NCBI RefSeq assembly: GCF_963921235.1
Contig: NC_086109.1
Location: 33,606,001-33,670,000, forward strand
Reading direction: 5' to 3'
DNA: 64,000 nt
Source: Mobula hypostoma
Lineage: Eukaryota
This document shows, one piece after another, positions 1-11,030 of this stretch. The notes under the pieces are model-generated. The model had not been told where the DNA came from. It saw only the letters and a program-made list of their open reading frames with translations, and made no database searches. The first letter of the stretch is position 1, and the number at the start of each line of letters is the position of its first letter. The position numbers and the translations under genes are program-made.

Positions 1-407
1 CAGCCATGGGTAAATTGTTGGAAGACATTCTAAAGGGAAGGATACAGTGGATTCCAGATAATTGGAACAGCCACTATTAACCGGGATTTCAATTGTTTAT
101 TTGGGACACAACACCTCTTCAGTCAAACCGGAGACTATTGCCAAACGTTTTCGAACTATCGTCAATCACGTGTACTTATGTAGTCCTTAGGCACTACACT
201 TTGTGATAAAGGTGACACATCTGAACTTGAGCTAGTGACTGCACAGGATGACAGGAAAGTTTTTGTTGAATTATGAGATTACTACATACAAGAGGGCAAT
301 GAAGGCAGTGTATTATCTACATTAGATGTCTGGGCTGATTTTATTCATTTACAGTCAATCAAAAGAGCATGGCAACGTACTGTATTAATTCCTCTGTTGA
401 TAACTAT

Positions 408-1109
408 TGTAAGGGGGTTTCTTTTTTTATGTCATTGCGTAGTCTAATTAAAATGGCTTCTTTGTTATGTTATAACTGAAAGGGCTTCTTTGTTATGTTA
501 ACTGCTGAGAAAGTCCTCCCGCTAGCAGTTTGTTTGGATCACGTTACTGATAAGAAGATGTTACGAACCAATTGGGATAGTTGTTATGCTTTTGGTGTGT
601 CTGTAAGATATTGTATGCGCGAGGTTTGGGAGGAGAAGGCGGGAGAGAGAGAGACAGAGGATGCACCAGGTGCTGTGTGTCCGCTAATGGGGTCGGACCC
701 TGAGCTGGGCATTCAGCGAGGAGAGGAGACGGAGACGGACTCGTGTGGAGCGTCTGGTCAACCACTGTTGTTGGTGCCAGGCGGCCGGTAGAGGTGGTCC
801 GAGGGGTCGCAGGGTGAAGAAGAAGGGTCCCGAGCTCCAACTGTTTGTGCACGAAGAGATTAAACTTTGACAAGTGTGGCGCCTTTTATTTTCCTTTTAT
901 ATTTTATTCTCTATTAATTATATAGTTCCAGTAATATCTATAAACTGTAAATCATTTAATCATATCTGGTGTATCGTCTGTTATTTGGGCGGGGTGGGGT
1001 ACATCACACAGCATCTACACAAACTAATTACCCAGTTTGGTGGGGCCAAGGGCTGTTTCCCTAGATGACAGTGAGCCGAGCGACCCTGAGGCTGGCCAGA
1101 GGGGCTACA
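408..1109 (+). mobile_element. 5' LTR of Gypsy element A
   Basis: TGTAAG...GCTACA termini, preceded by TSD CTAT (404-407). Followed by a degenerate tRNA-Pro-type PBS (TGGGTTTTTGTCCGGGATTTGA). Matches the reverse complement of 3346-4047. Confidence 0.93.
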
Positions 1110-1263
1110 TTGTGTGGGTTTTTGTCCGGGATTTGATCTACTGGTATGCTGTGTGGTTGCCCTGTTTAAATCAGTAATGTGTGTCTCTGTGGGTTATTTG
1201 CCGGTTATTGCTGCATGCGTGATGGGTGAGGTCTTTGTTTGAGTTCAGACTAGCATTGATGAG

Positions 1264-2646
1264 TTGGAGGTGGAACTCGGGGCTGTCCATGCTGTTGGGA
1301 GAGAGAGGAAAGAGTCTTCTGATTTGGAGGTAGTGTCTGCGAATAAATGTTCTAGCTCTGGCAGGCTCTGCCTGGCGTTTGGGATAGTGTCCACCCCAAG
1401 AAGGGCGGAGGCGTGCGAGACGTGGGCGGAGCGGATCTCTCAGTTGTTAGGTGAGTGGCAGTGCTCGGTTGAGGAAGAGCGACAGGGATTGGTTGAAAGT
1501 TTGAGTAGGCGGGCTGGTGACGGTGTTAGAGCTGTCAGGTTCACTTACACCGCAGTGACAGCTGTCAATTATTTGAAAGAGGCGAGGAAAGTTTTCACTG
1601 TGTCTTCTCTGGCTAGGGGGGGCGGCTAAATTGCTTGCAGTGCCAGGGGGATCATTTCAGGGGATCAGCCCCTCCTTCAGTTGTTCAGCTGATCAGAGAG
1701 GTGCCAGGAAACTTAGTGGAGGCCCACTGGGGGAATGGCTTGGGGTCTCTGGGGAAGCACATTCCCAGCAATGTACCAATGAACTTCCGAAAGGAAAAAA
1801 CCCTATTCCTGAAGACTCAGAGGGACCACACCCCAGGGTGTCATTACGGATAGAGGGAAGCGATGCTAAAGCCATCCTCGATCCCGGGGCGCAGGTCAAG
1901 TTGTTGTACAGTTCGTTTTACAACCGGTGTCTGAAGCATTTACCCTTGACAACTACAAGGGCACTGGAGATTTTGGGTACCAGTGCCAGTAATTATCCAG
2001 AAGACGATGATTGGTTAATGACCCTGGAGTTCATGGGGGCATTGTCTGGGCACCCAGCGTGTCGAGTTGCTTCTGAGGACGTGTGTAGCAGCCTTGAGCC
2101 AGTACTGAATTTAAATGAGCCCCAGCGGTGGTACAGCTTGGGGAAAGTAGCTGAGGGTGAGACCCTCTTAGTAGACGCTCTGAACTACCACGAGGGAGGG
2201 GAGTTGACCACTGAAGACACCTCAGTGAGAGAGAGGTCGCGGCAACTGGACCCTGGCGTCGTGGGAGATGAAGGCAGCGTGTGTGTGGATTATGCGACGT
2301 GGTTTAATGTGCTGGATCTGAGGAGTGGTTGTTGCCAGATCCCGAGGAATGCGGCTGTCGAGCCGAAGACGGCCGTTATTAGTTCCCTAGGATTATTCCG
2401 ATCCAAAAAGATGCCCAAGGGCATATCTGGAGCCCCTGCATCCTTCCCGCAGGGCATGAGGAAGACCACGGGGGAAGTGAAGATGTGTGGAGTTTTGACG
2501 TATGTGGATGACAGCCTAGAGCTTAGATTCGCCTGGGGGAACTATGAGCCGAGGCGAGTGGCTGAGCCCGGATGACAGAAGCGAAGTGTCAAATGTGGAG
2601 GAGTTTTTGGCTGGAGGAGTTTGGTGCAATGTGAGAAAAATGACCC
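1264..2646 (+). pseudogene. Gypsy A degenerate gag (PNMA-like), protease and RT remnants
   Basis: ETWAERISQLLGEWQCSVEEERQGLVESL (PNMA-type gag), AILDPGAQV (aspartic protease), [13 protein letters not shown]...[12 protein letters not shown]...YVDD (RT). Heavily deleted. Confidence 0.85.
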
Positions 2647-2649
2647 ATC

Positions 2650-3192
2650 GTCATAGTCATAATCATAGTCATACTTTATTGATCTGAAGAGAAATTGGTT
2701 TTCATTACAGTTGCACCATAAATAATTAAATAGTAATAAAACCATAAATAATTAAATAGTAATATGTAAATTATGCCAGGAAATAAGTCCAGGACCAGCC
2801 TATTGGCTCAGGGTGTCTGACCACCAAGGGAGGAGTTGTAAAGTTTGATGGCCACAGGCAGGAATGACTTCCTATGAAGCTCAGTGTTGCATCTCGGTGG
2901 AATGAGTCTCTGGCTGAATGTACTTCTGTGCCCAACCAGTCCATTATGTAGTGGATGGGAGACATTGTCCAAGATGGCATGCAACTTGGACAGCATCCTC
3001 TTTTCAGACACCACCATTAGAGAGTCCAGTTCCATCCCCACAACATCACTGGCCTTACGAATGAGTTTGTTGATTCTTTTGGTGTCTGCTACCCTCAGCC
3101 TGCTGCCCCAGCATACAGCAGCAAACATGTTCGCACTGGCCACCACAGACTCGTAGAACATCCTCAGCATCGTCCGACAGATGTTAAAGGAC
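2650..3192 (-). mobile_element. 5'-truncated Rex1/L2-type LINE 3' end (left inversion breakpoint)
   Basis: [22 protein letters not shown]...RKSFLPVAIKLYN. AATAAA plus (TATGAC)n tail. Confidence 0.88.
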
Positions 3193-3345
3193 TATTGGCC
3201 CAATTAAGTGGCTGTTCCTATTAGCCAAAGTTTCATGGAAAGACAGTAACTGATTAACAATTGATGCACTTAAATGAAATACAGAACAAATTAGACCACT
3301 AAATACGACTACAATATGATAAAACTGCGTATTAGTTCTTAATAG

Positions 3346-4047
3346 TGTAGCCCCCCTGGCCAGCATCAAGGTCGCTCGGCTCGCTGTTGTCTAGGGAAAC
3401 AGCCCTCGGCCCCGCCAAACTGGGTAATTAGTTTGTGTGGATGCTGTGTGATGTACCGCACCCCGCTCAAATAACAGACAATATACCAAATACGATTAAA
3501 TGATTTACAGTTTATAGATATTACTGGAACTATTAATTTAATAGAGAATAAAATAGAAAAGGAAAATAAAAGGCGCTACACTTATCAAAGTTCAATCTCT
3601 TCATGCACAGACAGTTGGAGCTCGGGACCCTTCTTCTTCACCCTGCGACCCCTCTGGCCACCTCGACCGGTCGCCGGGGATCAACAACGGTGGTCGACCA
3701 GACGCTCCACACGAGGACGTCTCCGTCTCCGCTCCTCGCCGAATGCCCTGCTCGGGGTCCGACCCCGTTAGCGGACTCACAGCACCTGGTCTATCCTCTG
3801 TCTCTCTCTCTCCCGCCTTCTCCTCCCAAAACCCGCGCATACAATATCTTGCAGACACACCAAAAGCATAACAACTATTCCAATTGGTTCGTAACATCTT
3901 CTTATCAGTAGTGTGATCCAAACAAACTGCTAGCAGGAGGACTTTCTCAGCAGTTTACATAACAAGGAAGCCCTTTCAATTCTAACATAACAAAGAAGTC
4001 ATTTTAATTAGATTACGCAGTGACATAAAAAAAGAAATCCCCTTACA
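3346..4047 (-). mobile_element. 3' LTR of Gypsy element A (now inverted)
   Basis: Reverse complement of 408-1109. TSD ATAG (=CTAT) at 3342-3345. Polypurine tract adjacent at 4048-4062. Confidence 0.93.
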
Positions 4048-4543
4048 CTCTCACCCCACCAAATAAAGTCATGTCCTCATGACTTCTAAATAACTCTCCA
4101 ACCAGTCCTACAGACACAGAAACCCATCCAGATGCACACAGTGACATTGCTCCCCAAACAGTGGGCCTTCCGCCCGTCCACGGGCGCTATATAGGCCAAC
4201 CTATCTGAGAGCTTCCTAATCCTCCAAGACCTCCGTACCCCCTCACCTAAACCCTAAAGGCTCAGACACTACTAGGGATACCTTGGGCCTGTGTGCCAAC
4301 TCTTCTCTCACTCAGGCCACCATTACAACTCAGAGCCCCCTGTCCCGTGTCCAGGGCCCCGCTTCTTTTCCTTCCTGGTCCTGCCGTAACTCAGAATGCC
4401 CACAGCTAGCCCTCCCCACTACACCTGACTCAGTGGGAGAAGGGCCAAAGGTCTCTTCCTCAATCACAGGGAAGTTAGCGAAAGGCAGCATGTACCACAT
4501 GTCCAGCACATCATCCTTCGAATCCGTATTCTTCCTCATTCCC

Positions 4544-5300
4544 TCGATCGGCTGCTGCTGTTTGAGTTTCTCCAAACTGAAACATTTAGCCGGGGCTGCC
4601 TCTGCGGTCTCTTCAGCCTCCTGCAGTTGAGACGTCAGCTTCTTCGGGGACTCCTTCAACTCTCGCCACAGCCTCAGCAGTTCTGACTCAGGGCTCTTGG
4701 CCATCTCAATCTGGGACGCAGTTATCCCACCAGCTTCTTCCTCCCTGACCTGAAAAGCAGCAGTTAAAGAATGTTCAGCCTCCGGTTGTTTCTTCCTGAT
4801 GACGTCTTCCAGGTCAACTTTCAGTTTTTCCACTTCATTTAAACTGTCGATAGTGATCTTCAGGTTCCTTTCAAGCGTCCGCCTCTCTTTTCCGAGATCT
4901 GTCCTCCATTTCTTCACCTCCTTGGGAGTGTAGTCAAACTCCCCTCCCTGGGCTCTCGGTTTTCTGTTGGCCATAGTCAGAACACTTCCTTGATCTTCCT
5001 CAACTTGTAAGTCTTCCAATCTTTTCTGAATCGACGTTTTGAGTTTCTGCTGATCCCGTCGAAGGTGGGTCATTGTTTCTTCTCGCTGGATTAATTCATC
5101 AGTACATGACCGCAGTGTCGGCTCGGAATTCTGTTGCTCCTTCTCCACGTTGACGAGCGTGAATTCCAAGTCTGCAATTGTCGTCCCACAAGTGCGGCAC
5201 TCAGTCTCCAGCCGGCATTTCTGAGCACTCAGTTCAGCGGTGCAAATTCCCTCCCTCTCCTGTGTCTCATTTAGATTGACAACCCGGGTTTCCATCCCCA
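4544..5300 (-). pseudogene. MYH16-like: Captured intronless sarcomeric myosin heavy-chain rod fragments (MYH16-like) inside Gypsy A, in frame with pol remnants
   Basis: ORF 4330-5529 contains [81 protein letters not shown]...ELLRLWREL and [29 protein letters not shown]. These are recognisable myosin II rod motifs. The MYH16 paralog call is from memory. Confidence 0.85.
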
Positions 5301-5351
5301 GGTCCACCACCATCTGTTCCACCACCAGGAAGTTCAACTGGTATGTCGGGT

Positions 5352-5862
5352 CTACGAGTCTGTGGTGGCCAGTGCTATCATGTTTGCTGTTGTGTGCTGG
5401 GGCAGCAGGCTGAGAGTAGCAGACACCAGCAGAATCAACAAACTCATTCGTAAGGCCAGTGACGTTGTGGGGATGGAACTGGAGTCTCTGACGGTGGTGT
5501 CTGAAAAGAGGATGCTGTCCAAGTTGCATGCCATCTTAGACAGTGTCTCCCATCCACTACATAATGTACTGGTTGGGCACAGGAGTACATTCAGCCAGAG
5601 ACTAATTCCACCGAAATGCAACACTGAGCGTCATAAGAAGTCATTCCTGCCTGTGGCCATCAAACTTTACAACTCCTCCCTTGGAGGTCAGACACCCTGA
5701 GCCAATAGGCTGGTCCTGGACTTATTTCCTGGCATAATTTACATATTACTATTTAATTATTTATGGTTTTATATTGCTATATTTATACTCTATTTTTGGT
5801 TGGGGCAACTGTAACGAAAATCAATTTCCCTCGGGATCAATAAAGTATGACTATGACTATGA
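5352..5862 (+). mobile_element. 5'-truncated Rex1/L2-type LINE 3' end (right inversion breakpoint)
   Basis: Inverted homolog of 2650-3192 with a (TATGAC)n tail. Confidence 0.88.
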
Positions 5863-5905
5863 CTAGTATTGGGGCTGACTTGTCCCAATTAACCAGAATC
5901 TACCA

Positions 5906-7600
5906 TATTTCGATAGGCAAGGCCTGATAAGGAACAATCAAAATGGTGTTTAGCATGGTAAGTCATGTTGAACCAATCCTAATCCTTTTTGAAGAGTTCC
6001 CAAGAACTCCGTCGAGAGGCTTGTGACTAGTGGTGTGCCATGGGGTCAGTGTTGTGGTTTGTTGTCTCCATTGTCAATCTGGGTGATAATGTGACAAACT
6101 GAATCAGCAAATTTGCGAATATCACCAAGACTGGGGGCAAAGTGGACAGGGAGAAGGTTATTAAAATTTGTTTCATGAGTTGGGATGTTGGTGAGGCCGA
6201 ATGTAGAGTTCTGTGAGCAGTTTTAGTCATCTACCTGTGGGCAATATCGATAAGTTTGAAAGAGTGCACAGAAATTCTACATGGACATTTCCAGGACATG
6301 AGAACCTGTGTTACAGGGAAAGGTTGAATAGAGTCATAGAGCAACACAGCATGGAAACAGGCCCTTTGGTCCAACTGGACCATGCAGACCACAGCATTGT
6401 CCCTGTTAGTCCCAGTTGTCCATGTCTGAACGATAGGCCACCATGCCCGTCCCTTCCTTTATCAATCAAAATGTCTCTCAAATGTTGCAATTCTACAGTC
6501 TTAACAAACTTCGCTGGCAACTCATTCCAAGTACTCACTAGCCTCTGTATAAAGCCTCTTGGGTCACTTTTACATTTCTGCCCTGTTATCCTGTATCTGT
6601 GCCCTGTGGTTTTGGACGCCCTAACCCTGGGAAAAAGAGTTCAAGTTCAGGTTTAGTTTTCATTCCACAATGCATCAATACTGCGGAATAAAACAGTGTT
6701 CCTCGGGGTCCAAGGTGCAAAACATACACAGCACATTCAAAATATCAAGCAAATATTCAGTTATGCAAGAAAAAAAATCTATAGCTCAATTCCCTCAGTG
6801 ATGGATCCTGCAAATTGATGGTGCAGTTCCCAGTACTCTGCAGACAAACATAGACCAGACTCACATCACTCTGCACTCCGGGTCATAAAGATCCAGTGTC
6901 GGCAACCTCTCCAGCTCTCAGGCCCTCTAGTCTGGGAAACATCCCTGTAAATCTCTTCTGCATCTTCTCCAGCTTGTCAATGAGTTTCCTGCAACGCGTG
7001 ATCAAAATACTACACAATACTCTAAATGCAGTCTCACTACATGGCTGGAACTTTATTCACAGTGCAGGAGAATGAGGGCAGATCTTATAGAGGTATATCA
7101 AATATTAAGGGGTATAGATAGGGTAAATACAAGCAGCCAGCTATTAATGAAGAAGATGCATTTTCCCCTCAGGCTGGGTGAGACTAGAACAAGAGATCAA
7201 AGGCTTAGAGTGAAAGGTGAAATATTAAAGAGGAATCTGAGAACATGGTCTAGATGGTGACGGTCCTTGATGATGGATGCTTCTTTCCTGTGAAACTGCC
7301 CTGTGGAGATGTGCTCAGTGATGGGAAGGGCTTTATCCATGATAGACTGGGCTGTATCCATCACTTCCTGGAGGCTTTTCTGTTCATGGGCATAGGTTTT
7401 TCCATACCCAGATATGATACAGCCCTGCCATGCTTTCATGCATGATTTGTGGCATCCAGTACAGTTCCTCTGAAATGCCCAGGAATTTGAAGTGTCTGAC
7501 CCTCTCCAACTCTGATCCACCAATGAGTACTGGCTCATGGTTTCTTCCCCTTGTAGTCAAAAATCAGCTCCTTGGTTTTGAGGACTTGATGTGTTGATTG
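5906..7600. mobile_element. Mosaic of old CR1 and L2/Rex LINE fragments
   Basis: Degenerate CR1 RT and 3' motifs, e.g. RADLIEVYQILRGIDRV at 7072. Fragments occur on both strands. Confidence 0.65.
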
Positions 7601-7963
7601 CTCTAATTCAGCCCCTTTGTCTCATGGTGTTATGGACTTAGTTCTTGCAGGCTGTAAAGTAGGGGTCACCAACCTATCGATCGCTATCAACCAGTCGATC
7701 TTTGAGACTGTCCCAGTAGATCTCGAAAAAAATCAAAAATAAATACACAAATACTGTTGTAATGTGAGCATTATAAAAATAAGTAATACTAATTAGGATA
7801 ATGGTAATATAGCAATACTTTTTGCTACAAAGCCGTTTGTAAAGAGAGACTGTTTCCGGGTTGCGGGGTTTTAGTTCCGTTATTTCTGCCCAGTTTGCAT
7901 GTGTGTAGCACCCCGCCATGAACTGCGTTTTCAGCATCAAAGTGACCAATTAAATTAGATACG

Positions 7964-8198
7964 CAGTGGTCCCCAACCACCGGGCCATGAAGAATGCAGC
8001 GGTACAGCGGTAGTCGGAACGCACCCAGCACATCTTTATGAAAAAAGCCGAAATAAACAAGCTAATTAATTAGGTGCCGCCCGGCACATAATTAATTAGC
8101 TTGTTTATTTTGGCTTTTTTTCTTAAAGATGTGCTGGGTGCATTCCGGCCACTGCTGTACCGCTGCATTCTTCATGGCCCGGAGGTTGGGGACCACTG
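7964..8198. mobile_element. Foldback hAT-type MITE (near-perfect 235-bp palindrome)
   Basis: CAGTGGTCCCCAACC...GGTTGGGGACCACTG. The arms pair almost to the centre (TGCCG CC CGGCA). Confidence 0.85.
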
Positions 8199-9366
8199 AA
8201 TAAGAGTACAGACTGTCGCAAACATCAATATACGGTACTCGCTCGTGATATCCTGATAACATGGCGGAGGCTCCACGAAAGAAGGCGAAAACATACAAAT
8301 TCCATCCAGAATGGGAAGAGGAATTTCTATTTACCTTGGTGAAAGACAAGTGTGTATATATGTTGTGCCACCAAACACAAGCACTGACTAAAAGAGGGAA
8401 TCTGGAGCAGCACCACAACACCGACCACCAGGAATTTAAAGACACCTACTCCCCAAAGAGCACAATTCATGCCAGGAAAGTTGAGGAGCTGAAATCAGGG
8501 TTGAAGGCCCAGCAATCATTTTTCACAAAACATGCTGCTCAAAATATGGCTGCTATTGAAGCATCATTTCGTGTAAGTCAGCTTTTGGCTAAACACAAGA
8601 AGCCTTTTACAGATGACGATTTATTCAAGGAAGCAATGCCATTACCGCAGAGACTGTTTTTAATGACTTTAAAAACAAAAACGGCATCACAACGCAATGC
8701 ATAATATACTACTTGGTCCTGCAACAGAGATGAGGAGGGTAGAGTCACTGTCAGAAGACGTGGACTTTTTTCACTACAATTCGATGAATCCCTGGATGTA
8801 ATGCAAACAGCTCAGCTTGTTGTATTTGTCAGAATGGCTTGCCAGGATTCTACAACAAAGGAGGACTTCCTCACTCTTTTGCAATTTAAGGAGTGAACGA
8901 GAAGTGAGGATATTTACAATGAGTTTAAAAAAATATCCATGAAAATGACATCCCCATTCATAAACTGGTGGCAATGACTACTGATGGGGCCCCAGCAACG
9001 CGTAGTGTGCACATTGGTTTTATAGCTCTAAAAGTCAGTGCCTACTTCGGGTCAACTTATCTATGTGAAATTGCATTTTCACAGATGAAAAATTATTAAA
9101 TCTAGGTACAGGAGCCGTATTACTGACAGACACCTCACATGCTGTCTCAGACTGACTGTCTGTAGTTATGAGCCAAATTTCAAAGAACTAGCAATAAGTA
9201 TTCAGCCCCAGTCATCAAACTGAGTGCAACAGTCAATTTTTATTCATTTATTTTTTGTGTTAAAATAAAATTAAATAATGAAACTTAGAATTAAAGGTGT
9301 GAAGTATTGTAATATTCTTAAAGAAAGATATGCTAGTTACAGTGTTTTCTTGTTTGAATTAATTTG

Positions 9367-10076
9367 TAAACACAAAATAATCTGCAGATGCTGTGATCAA
9401 AGCAACACTTACAGTACGCTGGATGAACTCAGCAGGTCGGGCAGCATCAGTGGAAATGATGAGTCGACATTTCGGGCCGGAACCCTTCGTCAGGACTGAA
9501 GAATGAAGGAGGGGGAAGGATTTGAAGAATGCTTGTAGGTTCAGTTGAAAGACCAGTAATTTGAAAGACAACGGGGTGGGGGAGGGGAAGCATCAACGTT
9601 ATAGGCAGGAAAACAATGGGTAGTAGAAGAAGGAAGTGGAACCACGAGGAGGTGATAGGCAGCTGGGGGAGGGGGCAGAGTGAAATAAGGATAGAGGAAG
9701 GGAGGGGGAAGGAATTACCGGAAGTTGGAGAATTCTATGTTCATACCAAGGGGCTGGAGACTACCTAGACGGTATATGAGGTGTTGCTCCTCCAACCTGA
9801 GTTTAGCCTCATTATGGCCGTAGAGGAGGCCAGGTATGGACATATCTGAACGGGAATGGGAAGCAAAGTTGAAGTGGGTGGCTACCGGGAGATCCTGTCT
9901 GTTGTGGTGGACAGAGTGGAGGTGCTTGACGAAGTGGTCCCCCAACCTACGTTGGGTTTTACCGATGTAGAGGAGGCCGCACCGGGAGCACCGGATGCAA
10001 TAGATGACCCCAACAGACTCACAAGTGAAGTGTTGCCTCACCTGGAAGGACTGTTTGGGGCCCTGAATGGTGGCCA
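9367..10076 (-). mobile_element. Penelope-like element 3' part with GIY-YIG endonuclease
   Basis: GVIYCIRCSRCGLLYIGKTQRRLGDHFVKHL...RLEEQHLIYRL...GMN. Flanked by TTAATTTG repeats. Confidence 0.9.
9462..9497 (-). ncRNA. Minimal type I hammerhead ribozyme motif (PLE-associated)
   Basis: Minus strand reads AGUC-CUGACGA-AGGGUUCCGGCCC-GAAA-U-GUC-GACU: both core boxes, stem I AGUC/GACU, stem II GGGU/GCCC and a GUC cleavage triplet. Confidence 0.8.
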
Positions 10077-10429
10077 CTTAATTAATTAATTAATTTGAAA
10101 GTTTGACAAAAGTATTTTGTGTAATTCAAATACAATTAGCCCAAATAAAAGGCCTCAAATTGGAAGTACAATCTGAGCTATTTTTTCTCTAAACGATTTA
10201 GTAGGTAGATCTTGCCTTTCACTAAGGTCAAGGTAGGGGATCTTGGACTTAAAAAGGTTGGTGACCACTACTCTAAGGCAATCCCACTCCCACACCTATT
10301 TCCCTGTAAACTGTTCCCTTTCACTAATTCTCCCGATAACCTGCTGTCAGGGAAGCTCTTCACATCAGCAGTGGCGTTAAGAACAGGAGAATATGGAATG
10401 AAGAGTCTTGACATGAGAGAGTAATAGTT

Positions 10430-11030
10430 TATTCCCCTCCATAGATGCGGCTGGACCTGCTGAAAGCCTACAGTATTTTGTTTGTGCTCTTGTAGAATAA
10501 AGATATTTGGTCAATAAACTAGGAGTGATGAAAGGAAATATATTTCTACACTTCAATTGTTTAAGGTCTGGTGGTAAATGTCTGTTGGAATAATGGAGGC
10601 AGACTCATGATACATTCACCCAAGAGTGACAGTGTACCCCAGGAATGTGACATTCACAAATCAGACATTATTTACAGACAATACCTTTGTAACATAAAGT
10701 TTGCAAATGTGTCAGCCAAATCTTTGTTTTCAATCACAATTTTAACACTGAATTTCCTTTAACCCGGACAAAGGGCAAAGAAAGTGAACAATCCCACCTC
10801 TCACATTCCCACCTCTCACATTCCCAAGGTCACCATGTAAACCAAGTATTTCTTTCACTCTCATCACTTCATTGAAACCCCACCAATGACCAAAGCTTCT
10901 ATTAAATGCAGAAATGTTAAGGTGTGTCCACTCAGTGAGAGGACAAGGCCACTGTGACACGAGTGGGACACACCACAGTGAGATGCAGCCTCACCACAGG
11001 GTTTAAACTCTGGGTTCGTGGAGACCAGAG
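10430..11030 (+). promoter_or_regulatory. Duplicated non-coding block, possible Pol II promoter (copy 1)
   Basis: Colinear inverted paralog at ~32920-33570. IRF-like GAAAGTGAAC (10780), CCAAT (10883) and TATTAAA (10900) have counterparts in both copies. Confidence 0.35.

Larger units (their letters stand above)
45..5905. mobile_element. Tc1/mariner (Tigger-like) MITE split into three pieces: 45-407 (+), ~3193-3345 (inverted), ~5863-5905 (+)
   Basis: TA|CAGTGGATTCCAGATAATTGGAACA at the left end. Degenerate inverted terminus TGTCCCAATTAACCAGAATCTACCA|TA at 5881-5907. Sits inside a CR1 RT fragment. A related copy lies at ~19533-20665. Confidence 0.7.
7660..10270 (+). mobile_element. hAT (SPIN/Charlie, GTF2IRD2-like) DNA transposon, internally deleted; transposase remnant 8261-9220
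   Basis: TIRs TAGGGGTCACCAACCT / AGGTTGGTGACCACTA. 8-bp TSD CTGTAAAG/CTCTAAGG (6/8 match). BED-like N-terminus KFHPEWEEEFLF..C..C, MTTDGAPA, and FGSTYLCE dimerisation motif. Confidence 0.9.

Noticed and set aside
408..4047. 700-bp inverted repeats as TIRs of a DIRS, Polinton or foldback element
   Set aside because: PBS, PPT, TG..CA ends and the shared 4-bp TSD show ordinary LTRs inverted secondarily.
4330..5529. 399-aa ORF as a genuine host myosin gene
   Set aside because: The first 59 aa are antisense LINE sequence. There is no motor domain and no introns, and it is embedded between LTRs.
8261..8704. Domesticated ZBED/GTF2IRD2 gene; likewise PNMA (1264, 17664), ZCCHC3 (35363) and L1TD1 (49075)
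   Set aside because: All are frameshifted or deleted remnants in transposon context.
10950..10980. CACTGTG-17 nt-CACAGTG resembling an Ig/TCR D segment with RSS heptamers
   Set aside because: No acceptable nonamer at 12 or 22/23 spacing on either side. The paralog has CACAATG, and no V, J or C segments are visible.
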